Positions 13,381 to 25,669 of a stretch of DNA of 64,000 nucleotides are shown here, piece after piece. Positions within the stretch are counted from its first letter, which is position 1. Each line of letters begins with the position of its first letter. The notes beneath the pieces were generated by a model. It was not told the origin of the DNA. It did not search any database and saw only the letters and a list, made by a program, of their open reading frames with translations. Source of the DNA: Sphyrna mokarran (taxonomy: Eukaryota); assembly GCA_024679065.1 (NCBI GenBank), contig JAGIQG010000004.1, forward strand, positions 37,076,001 to 37,140,000, read 5' to 3'. A program made the position numbers and the translations under genes.

Positions 13381-14016
13381 CAAAGTCTGAGAATTTTAAA
13401 ATAGTTCTAAATCTCTGAATCACACTCACCCCACAAGTATGTAATGTACCAAAGACACAAAATCTCATTTTCTAAAATGTGACAGCACTCTTGCAGATAA
13501 ATAACACATTTTCATACGCCCTTGGGGAAATTTAGCTGCAACTGTATAATGCTGCACAAAAAAGTCACAAAACACTTTAGTTCTAATGAGTACTTAATAA
13601 GTATTCCCTTCACATTATATTATTTTCTTCTGGTTGACAAATAGGAAAATCACTCTTGTACTTCCACAGACTTTTTCTCTCAAACTGTCAACAGGAAGAA
13701 TTGAGTCATTTTAAATTTAGTATTAAACTTTTTCTAGCTTGGTATGTTATCTTCAGCCAGCCTTCCACCCAGAGAGAAATTTAAAAACTTGTCAGAATGG
13801 GTTCCTAAAGTTCCCATTAGCTCAAACCATGGAACAGTACCTGCATGAATAGTTAGACAACAGCAACAATACAAAATTGTGTAAAGAGGGTGAAATTCCT
13901 CTGGTTTTTAATTTTATTGGAAAAAATAGCATAAAAGAAATAATTTTCCACTGTGTACCGATGCTGACTTACTTGATAAAGTTGACAGGAACAGTCAAAC
14001 ATTCGAACAGCAAATG

Positions 14017-14470
14017 AATTTTTATTTATTTTGCACCTTTCATTGCCACAGGATGCCCCTAGGCATATTACAGAAGTATTTTTGAAGGTTAACAATTGTT
14101 GGAGTGTAAGAAATGGAGTGGCAAATTTGCACGCAGAAAAACCCTTAAGTAGTATTGACATAAATGGCATGATCATCTACTTCAGCTGTTGATTGAGGAA
14201 TAACTGTTCACCAGAAAACTAGCATTCCCTTTCTTGTCTTCAAGTAGTGCCACAGGGTCTTTTCCCTCTATCCAGGAGGGCAGATGGGTTTTGGATTAAC
14301 ATCTCACCTAATGGCACTTCCAGAATTACAACATTCCCCCCCCGACTCCCCACCCCTCGCCTCACCCCATGATGCACAGAAGTGCCAGCCTGGAATATGT
14401 GCTTAAGCCATTATAGTCAGGCTTGAACTTTTGATCTTCTGACTCAAGCGATAGTACCACTGAGCCAAGA
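14017..14470 (-). mobile_element. SacSINE1/DeuSINE-like element
   Basis: Deu-domain-like core (cttcaagtagtgccacagggtctttt..gagggcagatgggttttggattaacatctcacc) and a reverse-complement tRNA-like head (cttgaac..cttctgactcaag..accactgagcc). Confidence 0.7.
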
Positions 14471-15993
14471 CCGACAAATTACACATAATGAACAGTCACA
14501 ATATTCAAATAATTTAATTATTTTGTTGATAATTAACATCCAATTGGAATTGGAAGTACTAATTATGGATTGCAAAATCACTACCATTTCACTTTCAAAT
14601 GTTTTAGCTCATCAGTTCGAACAAACATTTTAATAACCACATAAAAATGAAATCTAAGTGACATCTTAAGATGCAGTTTTACGGTCACTGTTACATCAAA
14701 GCAAACCAATTTCACATATTAACTTAAAAATGACATTATCACATAGAAGTAATATCAACTCCTCACTACATGAAAACTAAGATGTGAACACTCCTCTGGG
14801 GTGAGAAGAGTGAAGACTTTTTGAGCTCAGTCTACTGTACTATAATTTTTAATGCAAAGTTTCATTTAAAAAGTTGCTAAGTGGTCCACTGGACTTCCTG
14901 GGAACTTTGAAAGTTAAATTTATAGCCTTTTTAATGATAAGGGAAAACATATCCTGCCAAATACTTTCTAAGGGAAGGGAGTAATTACGAATGGGTTGCA
15001 ATTATTGGCCCTGTTAGCAATGCTCACATCCCATAAGTGAATAACAACTAACGCACAAATTAATGCATATACCACCTTGTTGCTGACAGTATACAATAAG
15101 AGGAAGCAGTTTTATTCTGTTCCATCGAGCAGCCGATTCTACAGGTATCAATTTGGAAACAGTAACTTACGTATAACTACAGTCTTGAGTAATGAATCAC
15201 TTCCTTCCTTGACTTTGTCTATCCATCATTATTCTTGATTTAGCTTTCAAAAAAGTGATGCATGACATCATTTTCACATTTCAATCTTCTGCTCAATCGC
15301 AACTTATTTAAAATACTACCAGTCTTCTGTGACAGTATTCACAGCAAGTCAGATGAAGTGCTGTTATATAAGGACAGGAGCATTATACCATGTGCACACA
15401 GTGGTAGATTTTTAACTTCATCATCCAGACAGTAATCTGGGGGTGGATACAGATCATACACTCTTTCCAGAATTTGCCTGATTTTCATTGCATTGAATTA
15501 ATGGAGTGAAAATGAGGTGGGTTCTGTAAAAACAGTGACTACTTAAATTATCTGGCATTTCTTTCCAGACCACAAAGATGAATTGCTGAAAACAGGCACA
15601 TTTTGAGTCACAAAGATGGTACTGATATTAGTGAAGGAATTTTTCAGATTGTGGCTCCCAGGCTCCTGTCAAATAAGGAACAAAATCTTATCTTCCTTTC
15701 TTTAATGACAGTGGATCCTGTAAATTGCAGATATTCAAGGCACTGGCCTTAGTTGTCCTTTTTCTCACTCAAAACATCAGTTCTATAAAAATGTTCCCAA
15801 AAATCTTAAAACACCAGCTAAGATTACGATCAATACCTAATCAGCTGCAAGTGTTAATAATATATATTTTGAAGCAGATGCAACAAAATTTGCATTTCAA
15901 GTACAGTACTTCTGCAGTGGAGCCATTTCCAATGACAGTCTCAGTGATGCATAGCTTTAGGACCTAGGTCCGCACAGGATCAGGAATGTACCC

Positions 15994-16082
15994 ATCTTCT
16001 GGATCCAAATGGGGACACGTACACACGTATCTTCTGAATCCACATGGGTTGGGTGTGCATACATCTTCGAGGTCCATGTGGG
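15994..16082. repeat. Three degenerate ~20-bp repeats at a 34-35 bp period
   Basis: atcttctggatccaaatggg (15994), atcttctgaatccacatggg (16029) and atcttcgaggtccatgtggg (16063). Confidence 0.65.
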
Positions 16083-17119
16083 ATTGTGGATGCAATGGCA
16101 ATTCAAACTCCGATATACACATGGACAAAAAGAGGTCCAGCAACAATCCACCGATCATGGTCTTCAAACTTAGATACAGAACATTCTGTGCATATTTCAA
16201 AGCGTGGCATTAGACAAATCCCATATGTAAACATGTAAAAAGGTTTGCTATATTTCAAGCTGTCTGATTTTGGCAGTTTCCATTTTTTGCAGGTTTCACA
16301 ACATTGCGGATGGGCAAAATTCTCCCATTTTGAGACAAAAATGCAGTGGTGTGCAGCATTAGTGCAGCCTGTGTCACTGGCCAGAATGATATGCCAGATT
16401 TTGCACTTGAAACCTTGTTAATTATATCAGTGAGTTCCACTCGGACTCTCCCAGCAGGTTGGTAGCTAATTCATCTGCCTGCCCTCAGCTAACAGGTTTG
16501 AACGTCCTAGCACAATTTTAAAATGCCAGCCCATCACACTCCAATCACTCTTTCCAGCATACTTACCTTTACCAAACTGTGCAAGAAATCAACAACCTAG
16601 AAGGAAAAGGCTAGCAGCTTCAAGAGGAAGTCTGTTCCTTGATTTAACCACTGTCCTCCCCACTGCCTACCACCTGAAGCCCTACTTTGCCTTTTACTGA
16701 CCATCTCTGGGGTCTTCATCCATCCCTTTCCAGTAAGCAATATGGTATCCCTTTCACCCCTTTGTTCCAAATTCATTGCCGTTGACCTTCCCTCTGTTTT
16801 CTATTGTTTGTCTTTTTATCCACCTCTTTGTCCCTCTGCCTGCCACCATGAGTCTTCAAGCTACTCTCCTTCTCTCGCCCCTCCTTGCATTGCTCTCATT
16901 CCACATGGAACCCTCGTCTTCGTCAGGCTACCATTCTCACTCCCACACTATGCTCCAAAGAGCAACTATTAACCTTAAGTTTGCAACTGTTCAAACCAGT
17001 CTTGCCTTTTTCTTAAAATGGTATGACACTGTAATCATAAAGAAGAAGGAAAGACTCCAGGAAAATTTTTTCAAACTATTCCCTCAATTAAAAGAGGAAA
17101 ATCTATTACTTAAAAACTT

Positions 17120-17428
17120 GGGTGGCACGGTGGTTAATACCACGGTCTCACAGCACCAGGGACCCTGATTTGATTCTCAGGTTGAGCCAGTGTGAAGTTT
17201 GCACATTCTCCCCGTATCTGTGTGTGTTTTCCTCCAGATGCTCCAGTTTCCTCCCACAGACTAAAGATGTGCAGGTGAGATGAATTGGCCATGCTAAATT
17301 GCCCTTTAGTGTCAGGGGGACTAACTAGGGTAAATACATGGAGTATCAGGGATAGGCCTGCACGGGATTGTGATCAGTGCAGATTTGATGGGCTGAATGG
17401 CCTTCTTCTGCACTGTAAGATTCTATGA
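17120..17428 (+). mobile_element. HE1-like SINE, near full length
   Basis: tRNA-like head ggtggcacggtggtt..tctcacagcaccagggacc, body gaagtttgcacattctccccg..ggccatgctaaattgccc, and CR1-derived tail gggctgaatggccttcttctgcactgtaagattctatg. Confidence 0.88.
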
Positions 17429-18762
17429 ATGTTTTTGGAAATTTGAAATATTCCTGCTAGGAATTTCTGCACATCTCTTTCTCTGCAGAGGCTCTTTCCC
17501 TGCTAGACTATCCTGTTGACATTATTTAGGCATAACATTGCAAATTATTTTAATGCAAACTGCAAGGAAGAAGATGTCTTCAGACTGGCCTGCAGGCCAC
17601 TTTGTAACAGGAACACAGGAAACCAAGATGCAAACTGTTTTGAAATCCTACGTTGTTTCCAGTACTGCATTCACAATTGTTATTGTGGGTAATTTTGCAA
17701 TCTCCCTCATTTTGAAGGTCCGCTGCATTATAAATTCACCATCTGACTACATTTAATAAACATCAATTTGCACACACATAGTAACTTTAAACACAGTAAT
17801 TCTGTTGGTGTCATGTAACTTAACCTTTTCAAATTTATACATTTTTGTGCTTATTAACATGAAGTGCTGGGAAACTTGCACTTTTTCCATTTTGAACAAC
17901 CAATGTCAATATGAAGATTATGTTATAGGACAACCAGATATCCTCAATCTATCTGAATTTAAAGAATATATCCCAGCAGATTAATTTTCCACACCAACAA
18001 TCTTGCAGTCTGAGTGGTAGTGTCAATTTAATAATGTAGACTGTGCTGTGCCTCAAACTGACAAACTGTGAACTAGGTTTAGACTACCTAAACTGATCTC
18101 ACAGAAGGCCTTTACAGTTAGCAGATGGAGGAAAAGAAACCATTCAGCCAATCTTGGCTGCACTGAAATCCAGCTTCTAAACATTTAAAAAAATCTATAT
18201 TCCAAGTACAATCACATGTTGAATCACTCCCAAAATACAGGTTTCTTCTTTTCTGAAAAAACCATGATCCCCTTTAATGCACTCCATTAAAATAAGGAGA
18301 TAGCCAGTAACATATGAAAGAATATTTTTAGCCTGCTGGCAAACAACTCTAAGAGTGTCATTATACACAATTTTGTGGTTTCTACATCAGAACAATCCAA
18401 AAACAACAGACTGACTCTGGTTTCATTCTGACTTTAAATCAGGGCCTCACATTGGAGGCAATTTCACTTTGCTTTGGCTTGGCATTACGTGCAGTATAAC
18501 TCCAGCACAATGTTTTGTCAAGCTTAAGAAGTACTTAGGGCAGTCACTGGATTGCCTGGATATTTTGTAAACCTAAGCAGAGCTTGTTTAAACATTTTGA
18601 GAGTGTGGCTACTCTCTCCATTTAGATTCGTGCCAAGAGCAGGGAAGTCCGCAGATATGGAAACACCTCTCTCGTGGCGAGATGCTTTCAGTAGCAAAGC
18701 GATATTATAGCTAAAGGTACAAACTTATTTACAATAACCACTTCATATGTTATGCTACCAAT

Positions 18763-19617
18763 ATTTGACTTGATTTATTCTTGTCACGTATTGGAATACA
18801 GCGAAAAGTACTGTTTCATGTGTGCAATACAGACAAAACATGTCATAAAGTAATTTGAGGAGAAGGAAAGGAGAGGGTGCCAAATATAGTGTTACAGTCA
18901 TAGCTAGAGGGTAGGGAAGGATCAACTTAATATATATGTGGTCAATAATCAAATTCATCTATTTCATTATTTGTGAATTTAATTTTTGAATTGTTTAATC
19001 TCATTCACTGACTTCATGCAAAGACTGACCCAATTGTTAAAAAAATAAACATCTGGTGCAACAGATTTGATATGATTTATTATTGCACATGGGATCTAGT
19101 GAAAAGTATTGTTTTTGTGAACTGTACAGATAAAACACACTGTTCATAGCGTACATAAGGGAGGAGAGGATGCAGAATATAGTGTTGCAGATACAGATAG
19201 AAGTCAAGAAAGATCATCTTAACATATGGTCAATAATAGAATGATACTTTTTCATTATTTGAGCATTTAATTTTTGACTTATTTAAATCACTGACTTTAT
19301 AAAAAGATTGATCCAATTGTTAAAAACTGAACTGTTGGTGGGATTGATTTGACTTGATTTATTGTCACACAGATAGGGATACAGTGAAAATTATTTTTTC
19401 TTGCATGCTATACAGACAAAACACACCATTCATAGAATACATAGGGCAGAAGAAAAGGAGAGAGTGTAGAATTCAGTATTGAAATTTAGAAAGCGCGTAG
19501 GGAAAGATCCACGTAACATATGGTCAATAATAGAATGCTACTATTTCATTATTTGAGAATTAATTTTGAATTATTTAACTTCATTGACTTTATAAATAGA
19601 TTGACCCAATTGTCCAA
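18763..19617. repeat. Tandem triplication of a ~280-300 bp unit containing a minus-strand Rex1-like LINE tail
   Basis: Units start at 18763, 19065 and 19347 (atttga(c/t)(t/a)tgatttatt..gaaaa..tacaga(c/t)aaaaca..ggtcaataat..actgactt..tga(c/t)ccaattgt). Confidence 0.85.
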
Positions 19618-19619
19618 AG

Positions 19620-19932
19620 ACATGTACCAACCGATTCAAGAACAGCTTCTTCCCTGTTGTCATCAGACTTTTGAATGGACCCACTTTATGTGAAGTTGAT
19701 CTTTCTCTACATTCTGGCTATGACTGCATTCTACATTCTCCTCTCCTCCTCTATGTGATTCCAAAAAAACGACTGGACTTTAACTTGGTATTGTGAGACT
19801 TCTTACTGTGTCCACCCCAGTCCAATGCCAGCATCTCCATGTCACACCTTCTCTATGCACGGCATGCTTTGTCTGTATAAGAAACATTTCACTGTTTACT
19901 AACACTTGTGACAATAATAAGTCAAGTCAAAT
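19620..19932 (+). mobile_element. Rex1/Babar-like LINE 3' tail with an inserted Penelope-like end (about 19756-19846)
   Basis: accaaccgattcaagaacagcttcttccctg..atcagacttttgaatggac..gtgacaataataagtcaagtcaaat. The insert ..ggtattgtgagacttcttactgtgtccaccccagtccaatgccagcatctcc is flanked by a cct(c/t)ctctatg duplication. Confidence 0.7.
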
Positions 19933-20084
19933 TTAAAGATAAACTTCTGATGGGACAGAAGACTTAATGTTAGCTCACAGTTTATGAATGGAAGTATGTA
20001 AACAGTTACCTCTATTTGTTTCTGCCAGTTAACCTTCCACTTTGACCAAATTCAAACTTGGTCCAAGTGTCAGGTCACTTGACC

Positions 20085-20230
20085 ACTGACCCAGCTCCTC
20101 AGGGGTGGCCATGTTGGCGGTGACGTCACGTGTTCCTCGGTTCCCCGCGAGGAGTGGGTGTGGCGCGCTGGCTTTGTGTGTGTGGGCGATGCTGTCCAAA
20201 GCGCAGAGATAACAGCCTCTGTACTGAGGG
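20085..20230 (-). promoter_or_regulatory. Small CpG-rich promoter-like element (YY1, CRE, E-box) with a candidate first coding exon
   Basis: GCCATGTT (YY1-like) overlaps ccgccaacATGG. TGACGTCA (20121-20128) overlaps CACGTG. Candidate donor G|GTCAGT at 20091/20090. Confidence 0.5.
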
Positions 20231-23200
20231 GGGGGGGGAAACAACCCAGGCACATCCAAATAAAAGTGTAGTCATGCAACACAATATTACCAATGAAAAC
20301 TTGGAGGAGGAAGGAAGGGGGAAAAAGGACTCAATTCACCTGTAAACATGTTCCCAAACACAGGTCGGATTTGCAAAGCTGAAGCTCCCCACAGGGAGAT
20401 AGATAATCAACTTCCCCCCCCCTCCCTTTTTGCCTCTCTAACAAAGTGCATTCTCTTCAGGGGGTAGCCGACATGAAGTTCCCTGAGGTACATCCGCAGC
20501 TGCAGGGCAACATCCCGTACAGTCCAGAGACAAGGGCTGCTTGTGCGTCCCCTCAGTGAGGAGAAAACATTTCTAAACTGCAGACCAAACAGATTTTGTT
20601 TTAACCCAACTCGTGTATGTGAAGCAAATTGAAACTCAGCAAGAGCATCCCCCTCCCCCCCTCACCTTATGATCCAAGCATCTCCCCCAAAGCACTAGAT
20701 TATTGGCGCCTGTTCCCCATACTTTACATGGCACTCACTCACTGTTTTACTGGGAGCACGAAAACAAGAAAAAAAAGATGAATGAAAGCAGAGCTATTGA
20801 TACATTTTCGCAACATCTCAGATTTCTGTTAATTATTTGACCGCGCTTTAACAGGCTTTTGTTATGTTTTGTTTTGAGGATTGCTGCAGTTGTGATCTTC
20901 CCGAGTTTGGTAATCCTCAAGGATTTGTCTTAGGGTCAGATAAGTATCAATTCAAATCAAGGAGGATTACTGAGGAATCCAAAACTGCCAACAATGAATG
21001 AGCAAGTTTTAATTGTCACCTGACCTGAGTATTGCAACTCATAGGAACAAGTGTGAGGTTTATTCCTAGTTCAGTTTTACAGAATAATCTACACACATAG
21101 AAAAGCCATTTGCTTTCGTTTACTATCTGCGAATGTTTTATCGTGGGGATATAAAGGAATTGTTTTTCGACATACAGAGGGCATTTTTATGGGGCACTTT
21201 ATGGCGTGCTGATACAATATCTTGTTGGAACTCAGTGCCGAACGTGCTAACTTTTGGAGTTGAATTTTCCACCCTTTTTTCCCAAAGCTTTGACAGATTT
21301 AGTGTGAAGACATGACAGAACATATGTGACATTTTCATCTTTATAATTAAATCATTGCAAATACAATAATTTTCTGTATATTTTAGTTGAAAAATAACGA
21401 TGCTAGAAGGTGAGAAATTTCATTCGCACCTGTTTAAGTTACAAATATGTAACATAACGGATTTGCATTTCAAACGATTACGCCAGACGGAGCACGATAA
21501 AAAATTTTAGGCAAACTGAAATATAACATTCACACAGTTATGCAATCATATTTCTTGCCTACGGAAAAGCCAGTTCTATTGGTATATGAAAAATAATCGA
21601 ATACTAAGTTCGTCCTGACAGGAATTAAGATTTCCGAATCGTGCGTAACTTTGAGTAAAGACTTTTGTTAGGATTTCGCATTCCGTTGTTTAAATGCAGA
21701 GGTTTGTCCTTTCTTTTCAACACTAACAGTAATTAAATGCTACAATTGTATCCTGTGACCGTCACTTTTGAAAACCAAGTGTATCCTTGCAGTGACTACC
21801 CATAGACACCACCACCCCCGCCCCCGCAAAGAACACATTTTATTTCCCACCATCAAATGCGATTCACTCAATTACAGAGGATTTAAACGCTATAATTAAA
21901 TGATGTAAAAAAATTGAAAGGTCAGTGTATGGATGGCCATTGGGATTCGACTGTGCAAATAAATGCGAAACGGAAGAATTCTTCGGGACAATTTGCGCTT
22001 CAACCCTGCGATTTCCTTTTGAACAAATACAGCGTGCACTGAGACCATTCGTATTTAAATTCCAAGCTCGTTAGCGCTTCAGGTGAATGAAAGATTTGGA
22101 CTACAAACTAAATCAAAATATCTTTCCAATTATCCAATTTATGGTCCTGATGGGAGGTTATCGAATATGTACATTTAATATGTATTTGGAATCGAATTAC
22201 ACGATTAAAATATAGAATTAGTTCAGTGCATTTTATGAGAATTGATGCAAACCCAATCAGTTATTCAACGCAAACATTCATCATCGCCTCCATTTAAATA
22301 CAAAGCAGAAATTGAGTAGTCCACTGTTGTGTGCGCCGATCTTAGGTATAAAGTGATATTTCAGCCTATTTTATTTCGTTCCAAAAAATAACTTCCAAGG
22401 GTCGCTTTCACTAGATTTTGCTTCAGTGGAGGTACAGCCATTCTATAATAATTGTTTCCGGTGTTTACTAGATTTCAAGTCGAGGAGTGTGATTAAAGAA
22501 ATCGCTGAATAGAAATCTGTTAATTTGTTATTTATAACCGATTGAACCGCTGAGAATGTTCACGCATGCTTCGAAATGATTTGGAAATAACTTTGGGATG
22601 AGCTCAGAAAGTTTCCATCTATTTGACAGTTTCCTCTGTGCATATGCATATATTGTATTAAATATAATTCAATTCCTTTTCGTTCTACTTGCGTTGAAGA
22701 TAAGGGAAAGGGAAAACTTTAAAATGATTTTGCTATGTTAATTTGCCCGATTGCATGAAAGCTAGAAAAGTAATTTTAAAAATCGGCTAGATGTGCTCTG
22801 TGATATCAAAGCAAGCCAGCCCATCCATAGCAAGCACTGAGCTTACGCTATACAAACTTCAGATTGATTAGTGACTTTGCTTCACTTTAAAAATAAATCA
22901 TTTGCAGTCTCTTCAACTTTACATTACGTGTTTTGACGTGGAAAATTAATCGTCTGGCGGTGAAAGAGGATACCGATCTAAAGTTATGTTTTAACAATGC
23001 ATAAATAAGTCTCTCCCTTGACAGTTTATCTGCTGATAAACATGCCGGAAGCTGATGCACCATAGACAAACAAAAGTCTTCAATTTAATCCCGTTAGAGT
23101 GCCAGAAGACAAAAGGACGAAGCGAATACCCGGAGCATTTGCAAGGATCATTTAGCATCCAGCCCTGTAAATATTGGGTAACTTGGCTTGTTGTAAAAAC

Positions 23201-25669
23201 CCAGAGAGGATACCGTGCTCGAATTAACAGTTCCTGCATTGCAGGAAGTGCAACGATGTGTAAAATTAAATGCAGCTGTCGAAAAGGGGGGAAAAAGATC
23301 ACTTCAATAAAAGAAATGCACTGTTCAAGGCAAATACCTGCGGTTTCATGAGTATAAAGGCTATGCGATCTTTATTGGGACTCATAGATCTTTAGTTCCG
23401 AAAGGGACGGAGACAGTGTTCCATGGGAATGTAGTAAAGTGAAAAGCATTATTGAAACAGGGCTTTTAGTGTTTATTTCACCCAATGTCCCTGCGAATGA
23501 TTGGCCTGGTAATAGCAAAGCAAACATGAAAATGTGGTATAGATTTTTAGCCTCATTAAGGAAGCGCTCACCATTTAGCGTCAGTCAATCAATTATAATC
23601 ACGAGTAAAGACACAAGGCATTATTATAAAAACACACTGGCCCGATGATTTTGTAAATGAGGAGATGGCTGTGCCGGTCCCATTCCCGGTACAGAGAAAT
23701 CAACTTTGCATTTTACTCAGCTAAAGTTGATCTGAAAAAGTGAACCCAGTTAACAGGAAGTCGGAGTGTGTGAAATGTTCCTCTTTTTTTAAAACAACAT
23801 GGTCTTTAAAAATGACTGCTCTATTTATTGTAAGTCAAAAAAGTTTCAGTAAAATCAAAAACGTCATATTTCCTGTAGCTTAATGTCATATTATGTCGAC
23901 CCCCTGGTTAACGCCGTTTAAAAATAATGTACCACCAAATGTGCTCTAACATACAGATATTTGAGTGTTCGGACAGCATCATGCTTTTTGAACCGAAGTT
24001 AATTCAAAGAGGCAAAATGTCTTTCAAGCGTTCAACAGGCTGAAGACAGTAGCTTAATACAGAAATGTATGTGTGGTGAGATGTCGAGAACATGCGTGTC
24101 CGAGATGTCGAACATCAGGATGTGAAATGTCATCATAATCGTTGGTCTAAGTCAAATCTGCAACCTGCAACCTCTGAAAGATCTCCACTTCCAAATAGAT
24201 CGAATTATATAAAATGTAGCAAATTGTTAATTCCCCTACATCCTCTTCCGTGTCTATTAACATTTGAAATGAAAAGCTATTTTGTCGGGACGGTAGCTGT
24301 AAGCCAGTATCCAATTTGGCCGTACTGCAATGATGACAAGTGCACCTATAAGGCAGAACTGCTGCCTTTGCATTGTCTTCCCCACTTGGTGCCACCCCTT
24401 GCAAATCCTGTACTACTTTCCAACTTGCTGCTACTGTTCCTGCAATATATGTGGCCACTGACATGAATACCGCTTTTGTTGTGCCTAATGACAAAACTCA
24501 CAAGATTATTCCACATCCCAGAGCAGTCCTGATAATCCACTTCACGATTTAGTAAACTTGAGCCAATTGGTGGAGGTCGTTAGGATAAAACTCGCAGTGC
24601 AAAACAAAATATTCTAGATGTGGAAAACGGTGGCAAGCTTCATCTGCAATAAGTTTCACAATCCATGCTGCATCAACAGTAACTCAGTACAGATAATCAT
24701 TTGGGTTTTTTGTGGGGGGGTAAAGCAAATTTTCCAATTCCGTAATAAGACAGACAAATCCGGGTTGCAGCACATTTGAACATATGTGACTTCACAACCG
24801 TCTCATAGTGCAAGCCAATCCTTTACAGGTCTTACACACTTGGTTCAAAGTAAATGCATTTTATATAAAACACACAGTTAGTGGCTTCGGCGCAATAACT
24901 AATTTCACAGATAAGAAAAAAACAAATATCCAGTACAAAAGCAATTACCAGAGCTAAACCCAGCTCCTCCCATCAATAGTAACTGAGGGACGGAAGGAGC
25001 CTGATCTAATCGATACTGTAATTAAAGATCCTATGAAGCGACCAGAGAGTGAGGAGCACGCAAAGAATTTATAATCCTGTCCCTGTGAGCACTTTATGAA
25101 GGAAAATCATTGGGAAAAGCTCCCACTGTCTCCTTCGATGTCAATACTGTGCGAACAGCAAGCAGGAGACAGCTCGAAAAGACTGTCAATAAGATCTGCT
25201 CGCTTTTTCTTTCATAGAAGCAGCAGCGAGGAATTATTTCCAGCGGAAAGGGGGCGTTTAGGCGAAAGTTATTTGTCCAATTCCCCACGATCCCCTGCTA
25301 GCGCTCGGCAACGAAAATACCTCAATCAATTGGGTCAATATTAAAACGCAGTTTGATTAAGTTGCCAAACATCCTACACAATCTACTAGTTACTGCAACT
25401 CTTGGGGTGGAATTTGTTAACTAAGAGGCTCACATTTTTAAGTCTCAGAAATTCAGACTACGGTAGTCTACGAAATGCAAGTGCATGGAGGTTCAACTTT
25501 GGTACAAGATGTAGTCAGCCTCAAATGGGGGTAGATGGGCAATGGATATCAGAATATATCACATAGCTCTGTCCATCAAGTTCTCATCCAGTAGTTTAAA
25601 TAGACAACATTTGATTATAACTGCCAAGATGCTTATTAAAAGTGTATATCTGATTTCTTGTGATAATAC

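Noticed and set aside
15994-16082. CRISPR-like repeat-spacer pattern
   Set aside because: Vertebrate DNA, only three degenerate repeats, 14-15 bp spacers and no cas genes.
17120-17190. tRNA gene
   Set aside because: It is the tRNA-derived head of an HE1-like SINE, with no complete cloverleaf.
20085-20112. TPEELG resembling the ATP9 STIPEELG motif
   Set aside because: The required downstream DKTGT motif is absent, so the match is coincidental.
24092-24540. Overlapping 64-124 aa ORFs on both strands
   Set aside because: No recognisable homology or convincing splice context. More likely non-coding sequence of balanced composition.
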